Part shown: positions 25,336 through 39,047 of the stretch, one piece after another
How positions within the stretch are numbered: position 1 is the first letter of the stretch
Layout: each line of letters starts with the position of its first letter
DNA from: Octopus sinensis
Taxonomy: Eukaryota
Assembly (NCBI RefSeq): GCF_006345805.1
Contig: NC_042998.1
Span: 154,008,001 to 154,072,000, forward strand
Length of the DNA: 64,000 nt
Direction of reading: 5' to 3'
Program-made: the position numbers and the translations under genes
The notes under the pieces: generated by a model
What the model was told of the DNA's origin: nothing
What the model saw: only the letters and a program-made list of their open reading frames with translations
Databases searched by the model: none

Positions 25336-25890
25336 TCCAACATTTCTGGCTAGTTTAATATTTTTTCTATTTAATTTAGCTATCATGGTACTTATATTTG
25401 GAAGAGTAGAGTATGATATTCTAACTGTTTTACAAGAAAATATTTCATTATATTTATGGGAAGCAGGGAAGTTTGTTTCTAATATGGACATAAATTTGCC
25501 ATACATGTTCGTAGATATTGCTTAGTTGAAAGGTATATTCAGCCATACAATATTTTTACTTTTGAATTTCTTATCTAAGTAAGGGTAGAATAGATTGGCT
25601 TTATCTATATTCGTTATAGTTTTGTTATTATTTTCAGTCTTGTATATATATTTATTGGGTTTTTTATCAGTAGGAGTGATTTTTATATTTTCATTTATAT
25701 TTATTTTATTTAACTCAAGTTTTTTATACTTATTTGTGTCTTGTCTGCCATTCCTATTATTTATATCAGGTTTATATGATAGGTTAGCTGTTTCTCTATC
25801 CATAAAAGATAGATTCTTGTTTTCCATTAGACTTGATAAACTAGTCTATAAATTTAAATCCCCTTCCCCCAGTAGTGAATTTAAATAACA
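24540..25890 (-). mobile_element. Penelope-like element, linker + GIY-YIG endonuclease, Asn-rich
   Basis: IVWLNIPFN, KTVRISYSTLPN, CNCRTRSHCPVSSQCL..VVYKC...IYFGCT..LKKRINNH, KWDIVRKAQPY....CELC. Confidence 0.85.
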
Positions 25891-28039
25891 AAGTAAAATC
25901 AATAATAAGCAGTGTCTTCCTGTGAAAAAATATCAGTTTGGTTAATGGAATAACTATAAAAATGAATCTTTTGAATTTAACTAAATTCTATATTTTTATG
26001 CAGCTGAAGATTGCTCTACATTTTAAAACTGATGTAATACTTGCATTGTTCAATTAAATGGAGTCGCATGAAACGATTGTACTGCATTACCTCTGGATAT
26101 CCTTGTTGCTTATTTTGATTACATATATATATGAGTATAGAAGGATAAATTATCCAAGCACATATTGTAATAGCTCTTAGGTGTATTCCAGGTTTTGGCG
26201 AACCACATCAAGTAGTAATGAACATCAATGATTGCTTAGTATGAGCAATCATGCTGTAATTCTTCTGATGGGTAACTCCAAGTTTGCTTCACTGGATTAT
26301 GAATACTGTCAGAACTGTCAATTTCAAACAATTACAAAAAATATGGAGACTTCAAATTTTTCTTTTATTTTAACAGTTAGTTATACAGCACAATTATTTT
26401 TTTAAAATGATTGACACATGTTTCTGCTGCACAAAGTATGTTCATTTGCATAATTTTCTGTGCATCTTCATAGAGGGTTTTTCTACAAGCATGGTTTGAA
26501 GTGAACAAAGTTAATTTATTTATTCTATCAATATAATTAAGTTCAATATTAATTGTATTCAATCTTCTTTAAACAAAGACAAAACCTATTAGAACACTCA
26601 AATATACTTTGATCTAATTTAATATTTATAAAATTCCCAATTTCATCCTGAAATTGGTGTTAACTTTTTGAGATCAGCTTAGAAATAAACTTTATAGCCA
26701 TATCAGATTTCAACATATCCCCCATAATTTCTCTTTGTATTTAAACAGGGTAGAATAAGGAGACAGACAGACAGAGAGACATTCTCTGTTTGGCCGAACT
26801 CATCCTCTCTCTTAACTGCTTCTTGTTCACTGAAGATTTTTACCATCTATCCCACAGCTTTAGCTATCAACCTATCTACCTCTCCCTCCCTCCCTCTCTA
26901 CCTCCTATTTACTCTCATACACACTTCCAGTACTCTCCTTCCACTGCTAACCCACTTTCATTATCTGATTTCCCCTTTCAACCCATATCATCTAACACTA
27001 ACTACTGCTACCTTGACTACCAACTTAACCACCACACACTGTCCACATCCCTCTATCTTCTCTCATACATTTCTGTACACCTTAGTAATTCCCCCTTAAC
27101 CACACTAGAAGCATCTATTAATTAGACCCTTTCCCTCTCTAATAATTGCTCTCACCTTTCTCAGTCTCAATTTCCCATGGTTCTTTAGCCATTCCCTAAA
27201 TTTTGACATCTATTCACAAACCCAACAACTGACCACCTTTCAATTACCATCCATCCCATTTCTCCCACTCACCTCCCAACTCTCTACTTGTACTGTTACC
27301 ACTCTCAGTAGCCTCATTCTTAACCCCTCCTCCATCTTCTTGAATTGACTCTCTGATCTCCTTTCACCCTTCCCTTCCTCAACATTCTTCACACCCCTAC
27401 TGAGCCTCCTACATCCTCCCGTCAATACTACTTGCTCTCCACATTTAAACATTCCATTTTTAAACCTCTCTGCATCATGATCTGAAATGTAAGATTTTTT
27501 TCTACACTGATAACAGAGGCTCCATTTATCTACTGTTTATTTGCTTCCATTACTGGCTGCATATTTTAATGAACTACATCTACCAACATTATGATGGATC
27601 TTCATGCCCCTAGAAACAGCTGTTGGACTTATAACACCTTGCTCCCTCCCCTTTAATTTTCTCTGTCTTTTGTATTTTGTTTCATCTATTAATATTTAAA
27701 TATCTATAAAGTTATGCATACATATTCATCATTTGATAATCTTCAGTCTTTGCTTTTTTTCTATTTGCATGTATACTATATATACGTATTGTATGTCAAA
27801 CCCAAGCAGTTATATTTAATTTGTTTATTCACATAATTGTCTCCATATCTGCTCACCTGGATTCCTCTTATAGTCACTCTTTACTCTGCAGAATTGATCC
27901 CTCATAAGACTGGAGTCTAAGTTCAAATCATTTGAGCACTACTGTTTCCTATACAGAGAATCTTTGGATGTCATCTGTTGACTATATATATATTTATACA
28001 TACATATATGCATACATGCACCATACATGATGGTTTCCC

Positions 28040-31000
28040 CCTTGTTAGCGAGTATGGCCATTGCACGAAGCTTAACTATTATTAGTGCTGTGATCAAATG
28101 TGACTTTTTAGCCCAGCTAAAGATCTACAATGTCTTATACAGAAACGGCAGCTAAAACCTTTACTGGCAGTAGCCGGCTGTAGTTGTAACTGGGCTTCAC
28201 GTACCTTTGCATGTCATTTAAGTCCTCCTGCTGAATTACACTCTCTTCCACATGCCTGACAGATATGATTAGTATGGTGTGTAACACCACCACCAGTGGC
28301 CAGGTTATCACTCATCTGTCTCACTTTATGACTATGAAGATGACTCTTGAGTCCAGCTTTACTGAGGCAGGGTCTTGCACAGACACTGCATGTCAGCATC
28401 ATAGGAAGACCCTTCCATTCTGGAAGTGTAACAGCGATGTCCTTCCTGACATCCCTCCTTACTTTCTCATGCGCAACTTGAGATTTCTCAAAAGTAGCTG
28501 TCCCCTCATGCACAATCCTTCTCCACCTGCTACGATCAATAGCTATGCCCTCCCATGTGTCAGGAGAGATGCAAGCATCTCTTAAGGAAGTCTTCAGCAA
28601 GTCCTTATACCTCTTTTTTGGTTTATGTGGGGGTCGTTCTCCTTTAGCTAACTCTCCATAAAAGAGTTGTTTTGGCATCCTTCATCCTGACCAGATGACC
28701 ACTCCATCTGAGCCTTTGCTTTAACACAAGAGCTTCTATACTTTCGCACCGATAGCCTTCCAATATTTCAAGATCACTGATGCGGTCCTTCCACTTAATG
28801 CCGTGGATCAGTCTGAGACACATCTGATGGAAACATTCCAGTTGTTTAAAGTGGTATCGATATGTGACCCACGTCTCGCAAGCATAGAGAAGATAAGGGA
28901 GCACACATGCCTTGTACACCTTTATCTTTGTCTCTCTGCATATGTCTTGCCGACTCCAGAGGCACCTTTCTAGCCTTCCGAAAGCATCACTTGCTTTCCT
29001 AATTCTGTATGGAATTTCATCATCCAAATTGCTATATCTATTAACAGTGCTTCCCAGGCAGACAAACTGATCAAGACATTTACCATACACATAGATAGTT
29101 GATACACTATACTGCTTACCAGAGGCAGGTTGGTACATGACAACAGTTTTCTTGAGACTGACTGTCAATCCTAAGGCAGTGCAAGCATCAGAGAATGCAT
29201 TCAAAATGTGTTGCATATCAATCTCTGTGTGCACTACTAGATCACAATCATTTGCATACAAAAGGCCTCTTATGATAGATGTAAATACCTTTGTTTTTGC
29301 AGCAAAGCGCCTGATATTAAATATGCTGCCAGAGGTTCGATAATATATGTAAACACGATATCTGCAGTTTCTGAATGCAATACAGAAAACCATCACAAAA
29401 TATATGGAAAATAGGGTCGGTGCCAGAATATACTCCTGTTTCACTCCATTTTGTATTGAAATGGGCTCCAACATTTTCCCTCTAACATTAACCCTACCCG
29501 TCATGTCTTCAGGAAAAGACCTAATCAAAGCAAGGAACTTTTCAGGACACCCAAGTTTCTGGAGGACTTTCCACAATGCTTTTCTATTAACGCTATCAGA
29601 GGCTTTTGTCAGATCGACAAAAACCTGATACAAATCCAGACCCTGTTCCACACACTTCTCTTGAAGCTGTCTAGCTGAAAAGATCATATCAGCAGTGCCA
29701 CGTCCCACACGAAAGCCAAATTGACTTTCTGGAAGAACACAATCTGCAACGTGTTTCAGCAAACGATCCAGTAGTACCCTACATAAAACCTTTCCTACAA
29801 GAGAGAAAGCAATGATATTCCCTTATAGTTACCACAATAATTCCTGTTGCCCTTTCCTTTATACAAGACCACCATTACTGTATATCTCCAGTCCTCAGGT
29901 ACAGATTCACTAGCCCATATCTTACCAAACAAAGAGTGAAGTTGCTGCAGAAGTTTCTCACCACCATGCTGTAACAACTCCGCGTGTATGCCATCCATAC
30001 CCAGAGATTTCCCATTATTCATCTTTGAGACAGCCACTGCAACTTTCTCCAACTTTGGTGGTTCTGCGAGTGCTGCCTTCACGAGTAATCCAGGAATGAG
30101 ATTGAGAACATCCTCACTAACTACAGACTGCTGATTCAAAAATTTCATCAAAGTGTTCGTGCCACCTTCGCAGAATTCCTTGTGAATCGCGAAGAAGTTT
30201 TTTACCATCCCTGCTTCGAAGTGGTGTCATCAGAGAAGACGTCAGTCCATAAACTTCTCACAAGAGACCATACAACAGCTTTGTGTTATTGGAATCCGAT
30301 GCCGCCTGTATCTCATCAGCTTTCTTACTCCACCACATATCCTTGAGTTCCCTATGCAACCTTTCCTGTGGCTTTGCTGACAAATAGCGTGACAAAGTAC
30401 ATCATCAGCCAATAAATCATCTATATGTTCATCCTTTTCTTTAAACCAATCTTGATGCTTTCTTTGTATCAATCCCAGAACTTTCTTGCCTATATCATAA
30501 ACTGACTTTTTATGGGTCAACCAATCCTCCCCAATATCTGCAGCATTCATTTCCTCTCATAAAGTTCTCTTCACACTATTATACCTAAGACGATCAACAT
30601 TCAGTCTTTTAGGCAGGGTAATCCCTGCAGCCCGGATTTTATGTTTTGTGACTAATTTCACTTTTGCATGTACTAGGCGGTGGTCAGTCCAACACTCAGC
30701 TCCACGAAGAACATGAACACACTGCACATCTTGTCTGTCACACATCCTAACAAGGATGTAATCCAGAATATGCCATTCTTTAGATGCAGGGTGCATCCAT
30801 GTGGTCTTAAACTTATTCTTTTGTTGAAACATGGCATTGGTAACCCACAGACGCAGCTCCTCACACATCTGCAGCAAAAGCATGCCATTACTATTACACT
30901 TTCCCACCCCATGCTTTCCAATTACAGTCCATGTGTTAAAATCCCTACCCACTCTATCATTAAAGTCACCCAGTACGATGACTTTCTCTGCCCGGGGGAT

Positions 31001-31955
31001 ATTTCTTATAATACCCTTCAAAACATGTTAGAAAGAAATTTTTTGGTCATCAGTATAACACATAGTTGGAGTATACACACTCACCAAAATCACATAATTT
31101 CCTTTAACCAAAGGAATTCTCATGGACATAAGACGCTCGTTAATTCCGACTGGGAATTCTTCCAACTTGTCCACAAGAGTAGTCTTAACAACAAATGCCA
31201 CTCCCGCCTCTCCTCTAAACTCTTCATTCCTCCCTTTCCAAAAGAATGTATATTTTCCACAAGATTCTGTAAGATGACCATCTCCAGGTAATCTTGTCTC
31301 AGATAAAGCAACGATGTCAAGATCATAGCGTTGAAGCTCCTTCGCAACAAGCGCAGTCCTTCGTTCAGGACATTCAGAGGACTTGCGGTCAAGCAGTGTC
31401 TGTACATTCCAACAACCAATATTCAATATTTTATTTGGTTCTATCACAGTAGCATGATGACGGCCGGGTTCAGACTGCGATGCTCTGGAGCACCTGCTGG
31501 GCCAGACTCTTTCATCTGATGTGGTTCCAGAGTCCTTACTGCCATTTATTTTTATACTATTTTGGTACATCATTGATTATTTGCTTTTTAAGGCTACAGC
31601 CAGCCATTCAGTTGAGACTCACAGCACTTTCAACTATCACAATGTTGTTCTCATGCAATGCCTGTGCAAGAAGATTTTTTTTAAAGTGAGGAAAGGCTGT
31701 GCACTGAGTCAATCCCACTCACTAAGCAACAGCAGCCATAATCCGAAAAGATGAACAAGTCAACATCATCGGTAACCACTGAGCCGCAGGTTTAATGTCG
31801 GAGTTATCCCAGTTACCTGAGTTGCCTTCTCCTAGAAGGATGCCCTAACAAAGGCTAGGGGTCCTTCACTCCCAATGGTTTAACCGCCTGATTGGGTATT
31901 CAGTCCGATTGTTTCTATGTCCCCGCACATGATATAGCCTTAAGCTGGATAAGGA
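28040..31955 (-). mobile_element. Near full-length decayed RTE-BovB-like LINE (5' UTR, APE, RT, two C2H2 fingers)
   Basis: IGCWNVQTLLD, DIVALSETR, LGDFNDRVG, TDHRLV, PESQFGFR, VDLTKA, RWSGHLV, CSVCARPCLSKAGLKSHLHSH, CQACGREC; several stops/frameshifts; similar CATGCACCAT.CATG sequence on both flanks. Confidence 0.92.
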
Positions 31956-32019
31956 GAAGAAAAAATAAATAAAAATTTAAAAAATACATACATACATACA
32001 TGCATGCACCATGCATGTA

Positions 32020-33335
32020 TGCATGGTTCCCTGTAATGAATTCCTGATTATTTAGATAAGCTTACTTTATTAAATCTAGTTTGTAATTGTACAAAAATAG
32101 TTAATATGTGCTCCTCAACAATCAATTGTTCATGTACACTCATGTTTGTCTACATTTGACAAATATAAGCGGTGCTCCAGCATGGCTGCAGTCAAATGAC
32201 TGGAACAAATAAAAGAATAAAATGCTAACTAGTGAAGTGAGATTGTAGCTCTGGAAAATGCAGCATAGCACCAAAAATGTGGCTTCAAGGGTTGGTGTTC
32301 ACCCCAAAACTGTCTATATCATGAAACGCTACAGTGAGATAGGTTCAATTGACAGCAAACCCATTCCTGGTCAAAAACGATCTGTAAGGATGAAACAATT
32401 GGTGGATGTCATCCAAAAGATAGTGTCCCAAAATCCATAGTGGAGCATGAGCCAAACAGCTAAAAGTCTTGATATCTCTCAGACAACCATGTCAAGGGCT
32501 GTGCATAAAGACTTAAATTGTAAATCATTAAAATTGTAACGCTGACACCTAATTTTGATCACTTCCAAAACAAAGTGATTGGACAGGTGCAAGAAAATAG
32601 CGGAGGAGATTTGGAGCACTGGTGACAACGTCTTTATCTGGTTGGATGAAAACTTATTCACCTTGGAGGCTGTAGCGAAATCCAGAATTACAGGATTTTG
32701 ACCGCAAGGTTGGATGCTGGCGCTCATTAGTTGTTTTGCCGAATGAAACCTGCTGGAGTAATGGTTTGAGAGGCACTGTCATCCAATGGTGGGAAATCTC
32801 CTCAATGAAGAGGGGATACAAGTCAACTCAGCAATTTACATGAAATGTTGGAGGATAATATTTTGCCATGGGTCACTGAAGCATTTGGAGATAACTACAT
32901 GTTCATGCAAGACAGCACTCCTCATACATCCAATGTGACACAGCTGTGGTGCAGAAGCCATTTAAGCAGGTTCTGAGACAAGAATGTGTGCATCCCTGCC
33001 ATCCAGCCCAGATGTCAACCCATGAACTTTGCTATTTGGTCCATTCTAGAAAGTGATGTTTCAAGAGTTTTGTACAAAAATATCACCATTCTGAAGAAAG
33101 CCTTAGTTGCGTCATGAGATCATTTAAATGAAGAAGTCACCCAGCATTTGTGTAGCTCTGTTCTCAGCCATCTTCGGGCAATTGTGGAAGCCAAAGATGG
33201 ACATATTGAATAAAACATATTTTAATATGTTACATGACCATATTTAATTAAATCCTAAAGAACTTATGTATTTTTATGTATTTTATTAAAAATTGTAACT
33301 AAAAATCAATTGGGAATTCTTATAGTGCCCCCTGT
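32020..33335 (+). mobile_element. Decayed Tc1/mariner transposon, probably maT (DD37D)
   Basis: HTH region, WLDEKLF, FMQDST, SPDVNP..F.IW, VEAKDGHIE*; right TIR GGGAATTCTTATAGTGCCCCCTG-TA; left TIR poor; SINE tail inserted at 32167-32222; triad spacing about 37 after correcting indels by eye. Confidence 0.75.
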
Positions 33336-33369
33336 ACATACATACATCCTTCCTTCCTTCCTTCCTCCC

Positions 33370-34620
33370 TCCCTCTCTCTGCACCAGGAGATGTAGCCTT
33401 AATGCTTCTGCTGTGGAAGTTGGGTCTTTTTGAGTACAACAAGGCACCAAATATCTTGGTCCTTTGTCATCTTGCCTGAAAGGTTCAGCATTCTGAGTTC
33501 GTCCTTCAGTACTTTTTCCCATGTCTTCTTGAGTCTCCCTCTTCCATGAGTTTCATCCACTTTGAGTGAATGGCACTTCTTTATGAAGCTTTTAGCATCC
33601 ATCTGTATCACATGATCAAACCAACACAGTCTTCTCTCTTTATATATAACTTCTCTCTCAATACATTAACACACTGTTGCACATGTAAACTTACATTAAT
33701 CAACCAGCAGAGCATACTATCCACATTCCTCTCTAGCCTTCGCATATCCTCTGCATCCAGGGCCCACATCTCACTACATGTAGAATTGCTGTTCATATAC
33801 ATACATCATGCAATCCTCCTTTCACTTGGAGGGAGAAACACTTGGTTGCCAACAGAGGTAAAAGCTCTGTGAATTTTCTTCATCTTGTTGTTATTCTAGC
33901 TATTACACTTTCTGTACAGCCTCCCCTCCACTAATTTGATCCCCTAGGTAGCAGAGATTACCTACTACCTCTAAAGAGCCTCTGGGGCATATGAGAAAAT
34001 TGATTTCCCATGTATATGTTGTTTTTATGGCTCCTGTGCTTCTTCCACATATGAACACTACTTTTTCTGATAATCTTACTTATTATTCCACTGCACCTCT
34101 TGTATGTCATAGTTTACACTGGGTGCACCATGGAATTCCTGCCTCCACCTTTCCTATAAATTGAGCAGGGTCACTTGAAGAGATTTGGGTTATGTCTGTT
34201 TTCTAAGACCTTAGTCTTTGTTCAATTAACCTTGGGGCCCTTTGATTCCAGGTTTTGCTTTCACACCTAGAATTTCTTTTCTAGCTCTCATATAGAATCT
34301 ACTGTGCCTCTCAAACTATCACCCCAGCAGGTTTCATTTTGCAAAACAACTAATGGGCACCAGTATATAACCTTGCAGCCCAAATCCTGTCATTCTGGAT
34401 TTTGTTACAGCCTCCAAAGTGAATAAATTTCCATCCAACCAGATGAAGACATTGTCACTAGTGCTCCAAATCTCTTCTGCCCAGGAGTTGTCAGTCTTGA
34501 ATTCCTCTGTGATGGCCTGGAGGACAATGATGAAAAGTAGGGGACTAAGGACTGAGCCTTGATGAGTACCTACCTATACTCCAAATTATTCACTGTACTC
34601 ATGGTAAACTCTCACCTTAC
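33370..34620 (-). mobile_element. Decayed RTE fragment (family related to 19515) carrying an inverted maT fragment
   Basis: GSVLSPLLFIIVLQAITEEFKT, SEMWALDAEDMRRLERN, GRGRLKKTW. Confidence 0.8.
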
Positions 34621-34639
34621 TCACAGCAATTATGTATAC

Positions 34640-35260
34640 ATATATAATAATAATGATGTGGATACAAATGCTACGGCAAAACAATCCGCCACTTTTTATA
34701 TATGGATGACCTAAAACTATGCGCTACAAATGATAAACAGCTGGAAACACTACTACAGACAATATATGGATTTACCAAAAAAATAGATGTGAAATTTGGA
34801 TTAGAAAAATGCACCAAAGCAACCCTGAAAAAAGGAAAACTAGTTAAGAGTAGCAACATCACACTAGATAAAGCCAATGAAATAAGAGAATTAGATCAAA
34901 GCCAGACATACAAATATTTAGGAATCCATGAACTAGATATGATACAATACAAATGAAAGAGAAAATAAAGAAAGAATACTATAGACAAGTTAGATCAATA
35001 CTAAAAACAGAGCTCGATGCTAAAAACAAGATAATAGGTATTAATACTTTAGCTGTCCCAGTTATAAGTTACAGGTACAATATTTTTAACTGGACACAAA
35101 ATGAACTAACCAAAATAGACAGGAAAACAAGAAAAATAATGACAAGTTCTAGGATGCATCACCCAAAATCTGACATAGAAAGGCTATATATACAACGTAT
35201 AAAAGGTGATAGAGTCCTTATACAGCTGGAAAATGCTAAATTGTTGCTTCTAAATTAGTC
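34640..35260 (+). mobile_element. R4/Dong-type RT fragment
   Basis: ORFs 34702-34956 (MDDLKL...FGLEKC...YKYLGI) and 34953-35258 (MKEKIKKEYYR...HHPKSDIERLY). Confidence 0.9.
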
Positions 35261-35699
35261 CCTGTAATTTCCAAGGAAGCCTTTGTATAAAATTAAGGAT
35301 GCTATTTAAAATTAGTATGATATAGTGTATACAAATGGGCTATGTAAAGGAATAGTAAAAAGAGTTGAAGAGTACATAAAAATCATTAAAATCAGTAGAA
35401 AATTATAACGTGTTATGTGAGTCGGTAGTCTAGTTATCAAGTGGATTTAATATATAGGATTAACGCCCTAGTGTACTACGTAGATTATAATATATAGTTT
35501 GGTTTAAAATGTGAAGTAAAATTATATGGTAAGTCGGGTGGTTAAGGAAGGTAATAAGATGTTAAGCAGGTCTGCTAATAACCTGTAATGTAGGGATTAG
35601 CGATATTTAAAGAATAGGGTTTAGCGATATTTTGAGAAAAAATTTATCTTGATACAAACAAATTTTATTTTTCTTGTCTTGTTTATTAAGTAATTCTGA

Positions 35700-37170
35700 T
35701 TTGACCTTTAAAATGAAGAATTTCTCTAAATGAGAAATTTACATGAATTACAACGATTATTATTAATGTTATATGAAGAAGTTTTGGCTAGGATTCGCCA
35801 TTCTAATCTATAATTAATGCTATTGTCTTTCAGTTCCCAAATGTAACTACTGAGTCTGGTAGGGTTTGCTTTACTTCTGTTTCTGAAACTAGCGCGATGG
35901 GAATTATATCTAAGTTTCATTTCATTTTTCATTGCGTCAATATAAGTTTTCTTGTAATTATTTGCGAGTACATCACATTGGTAGATTATGTTTTTCGTTT
36001 TACATTTATTTGAGAATTCACAAGTATTTTTTACCTCTGCGGTCACGTAGATTATTAAGCTTGTCTGTGCCAATGATATGTTGAGGAGGGGTTATTATTT
36101 ATAAGGTAGTTGTCTGCATTATTTGAGGGCGAGTTATTAGGGAGGTCATTTATTATATCAGTCGATTGGTTGTTGTGCTTTATATTGCTATTCTTCCTAG
36201 TTTGATAGAAGGTGTCTAACATTTTATTGTTGATAGAGGCTATAATAGTAGCTAGGTTGCTAGTTAACCTATGGCCTACTCTAATTTTATTGCTGAAGAT
36301 TTCTGAGTATTTGGTATTCATATTAAAGTGCTTATTTATAAGTCACATTATAGATTTAACTATGTTGGTTTTTAGCTGCACCACGAAGGAGATTATTAAC
36401 CAGATGTTATCCCTATTCAGTTTGTTATTTTTAATATTATTATTTTTGGTGTAGAAACTGTCTTCTGTATTATTCTAGATCATAAAGTTATGGTTATAAT
36501 TATCATTCTTCTTTCTATAGTTATTTTTATTATTATTACTATCAGTTTTATTGGGGTTGTTTCTGTACGATTTATATATTTTATATATCTTGATATTATC
36601 ATTTCTTACAGGGGCTCTATTGGTTCTTTGAGGTGTGTTATTTTTATTTTTATTTATATTTTTATTATTATTAATATTTTCTTAGTATTGTTATTCTTCC
36701 CATTATTTGTAATTCTGTTATCATTTTTAATGTTGTTATTCATAATATTCTGAATCTTATCATTCTTCTTACTATTTATGTTATTACTACTGTTATTCCT
36801 ATTAATGTTGTTCATATTGTTTTTGTGGTTGTTATAATCATTTGGGATATAATTTCTATTATCATAGTTTTGAGCATTTATGTTATTCAGGTTATTTTTA
36901 TAGGGTTCTGAGTGAAGGTATTTAATTTTTTGCTTATAGCCTGCTTTTTCTAATATGCTGTTGTAGAATTCTTTATACTTGTTAAAAATATCCTCTTTTC
37001 TTTTTCTTTTTTCTTTTTCTTTCTTTGACTTTCTTTTCCCTCTAATCATTCTGAAGATGTTTATTAAATATAACGAGGTAAATGTAAATTTACTCTCTAC
37101 AAGTGGTGCATGATCTATGTATAACCTTATTAGTAGTTGTTCAGTTGAGTTCACAATCATTAGCACTTTC
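35700..37170 (-). mobile_element. Penelope-like element, linker + GIY-YIG endonuclease, Asn-rich
   Basis: IFNKYKEFYNSILEKAGYKQKIKY, NIWLIISF..LKTNIVK, IIYQCDV...TYID...KLRYNSHRASF...LSSYIWELK....WRIL. Confidence 0.85.
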
Positions 37171-37323
37171 AGATTAAAGATCCTTCATCGCATGATTTTT
37201 TTATATTTTATGCATTGTTTCAAAAACTCTTTCTCCAGGGGTTTTTTGAAGTTTTTATAGTCTATTAAAATTTCACCCTGTCACACTTTTTCATTTTTTC
37301 AATTTTTTTCTTTTTTCATTTTC

Positions 37324-37530
37324 CACTTTTTCAATTTTTCACCTTCTGCTATCATTGTCTCTGAGGTGCTTGTTGTTATTGTTGCTGTCACTATGAAAGT
37401 TGCTGTGGCGGTAACCACCACATAAAGCAAAATGAACATCTGATGAACTTATTTTGCTTTGTGTTGGTTATTGCCGCAGCAACAATCATTTTGACCACAG
37501 CAGCAGAAGGTGAAAAAATAAAAAAAAGTG
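37324..37530. repeat. Foldback/MITE-like imperfect palindrome
   Basis: Inner arms 37399-37436/37447-37483; outer arms TTTTCACCTTCTGCT/AGCAGAAGGTGAAAA; enclosed by ~45 bp direct repeats at 37196-37241 and 37718-37763. Confidence 0.75.
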
Positions 37531-39047
37531 CAACTAGCAATAAGGCTATACAGATTACATGTCACCTGTTGGTCCTATCTATCTACCACCCACCCAACCA
37601 ACCAAACAACCAACCAGCCCACCTACCTTCCTTCCTTCCTTTAAATTTAAAACTTTAAACTTTAAAACTCTGAAGCTTTCAAAAATTTTTCCAGATTCTT
37701 TGAGAATTCTCTAAGAATTTTTGATATTTTATGCATTGTTCCAGAAACTCTTTTTCTGAGGGGTAGGTTTATGCAAGAAGATGAGGGGTTGAAGTATGAA
37801 AGAAGGTAAAAATGGAAGAGTGATCAGGTTCTTGTAGCGGAGTTACATGGTTACTCACCTTTAAGAGAGAGAGTGAGAATGAAAATGAAGAACCTGCAAG
37901 TCCAGGTGAGTCTTCAAGGTACAAGGTGAATCATAAGTTGGGACAGAGGAACTGCTAGAATGAGTGAATGGGTGCAGAAAGAGATGAGCAGGTAGGTAGG
38001 CAACAACTTTAAAGATTCGGTAGGATTGAAGGGTGGATGTAGAGAGTGATACATGACCTAGGGAAGGTAGAGAGATATAGAAGAGAGTGAGGGAATATTA
38101 TTCTAAACTTACAGGGAAAAATTCAATTTAGAAATACTAAATCAAATTTCACAAAATATAGTGTGTGTATATATATATATATATTATATATATATATATA
38201 TATAAAATTAGAAAAAAAACACCTTTCATCAATTCACAATGAAAAATTTAAATTATACCATTCAGAAAAAAATTACATCTTATAGAAAAATTAAATATAA
38301 GATAAAAACATACCAATGATTAAGTAATATGTAAGATAATAAATAAAGCATATATATTTGGTAGAATAATTACATGTGTTTTGCAGCTATATTAAAGAAA
38401 TGATAACAGTAAAATCAATTCAATGTAAATATAGTCACATTTCAGGTCAAAGATAGAAACAATAAAATAATGAAATAAATTAATAAATATACGTATATAA
38501 TCTTGTAAAATATGAAATATATTAACAAATATATTCTTGTGTAAAAAATAGAATAAAGAGGTACAAATATTTATTATATCTATAAAAATAAAATTTTAAC
38601 ATGTATCTGAAAAGAATAATTAACTATAATATATCATTACTAGAAAATAAAATACAATTAATTAAATTACTTAAAACAAATATATATATATATATATATA
38701 TAATACAAAATATACATTAAGTAAAAACTAAAAAACTATAATTTAATCTATATACATTAAATTAAATTATTAATTAATTTATTTATTTAATAAACATTTA
38801 AATTAAATCTCATTCTAATTAAGTAATGTATACTAAAAAAAGACTTCATGTTAAGTAATATACATAATGCTAGTACAAGCTATAAATATTAGAATTAAAA
38901 ATAGAAAAAGGCTCAAATATATACACATCTATTATATAAACTAACTATATTATTAATATATATGTAGTATATATAGATTTAATATTTTACTCATTTATAG
39001 AGTTTACCAAAATCAATAATATTAAACTTATTTACTTAAATGTAATA

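Noticed and set aside
26377-26435. Candidate next exon with good acceptor and donor (phase 0 to 2)
   Set aside because: Peptide LVIQHNYFFKMIDTCFCCTK lacks the PH-terminal Trp expected right after the 14343 junction; such sites arise by chance in AT-rich DNA
37838-37905. Candidate exon TWLLTFKRES with strong donor CAG|GTGAGT
   Set aside because: That frame needs a phase-2 start, incompatible with the phase-0 end at 14343; the phase-0 reading hits a stop; the region resembles a repeat family
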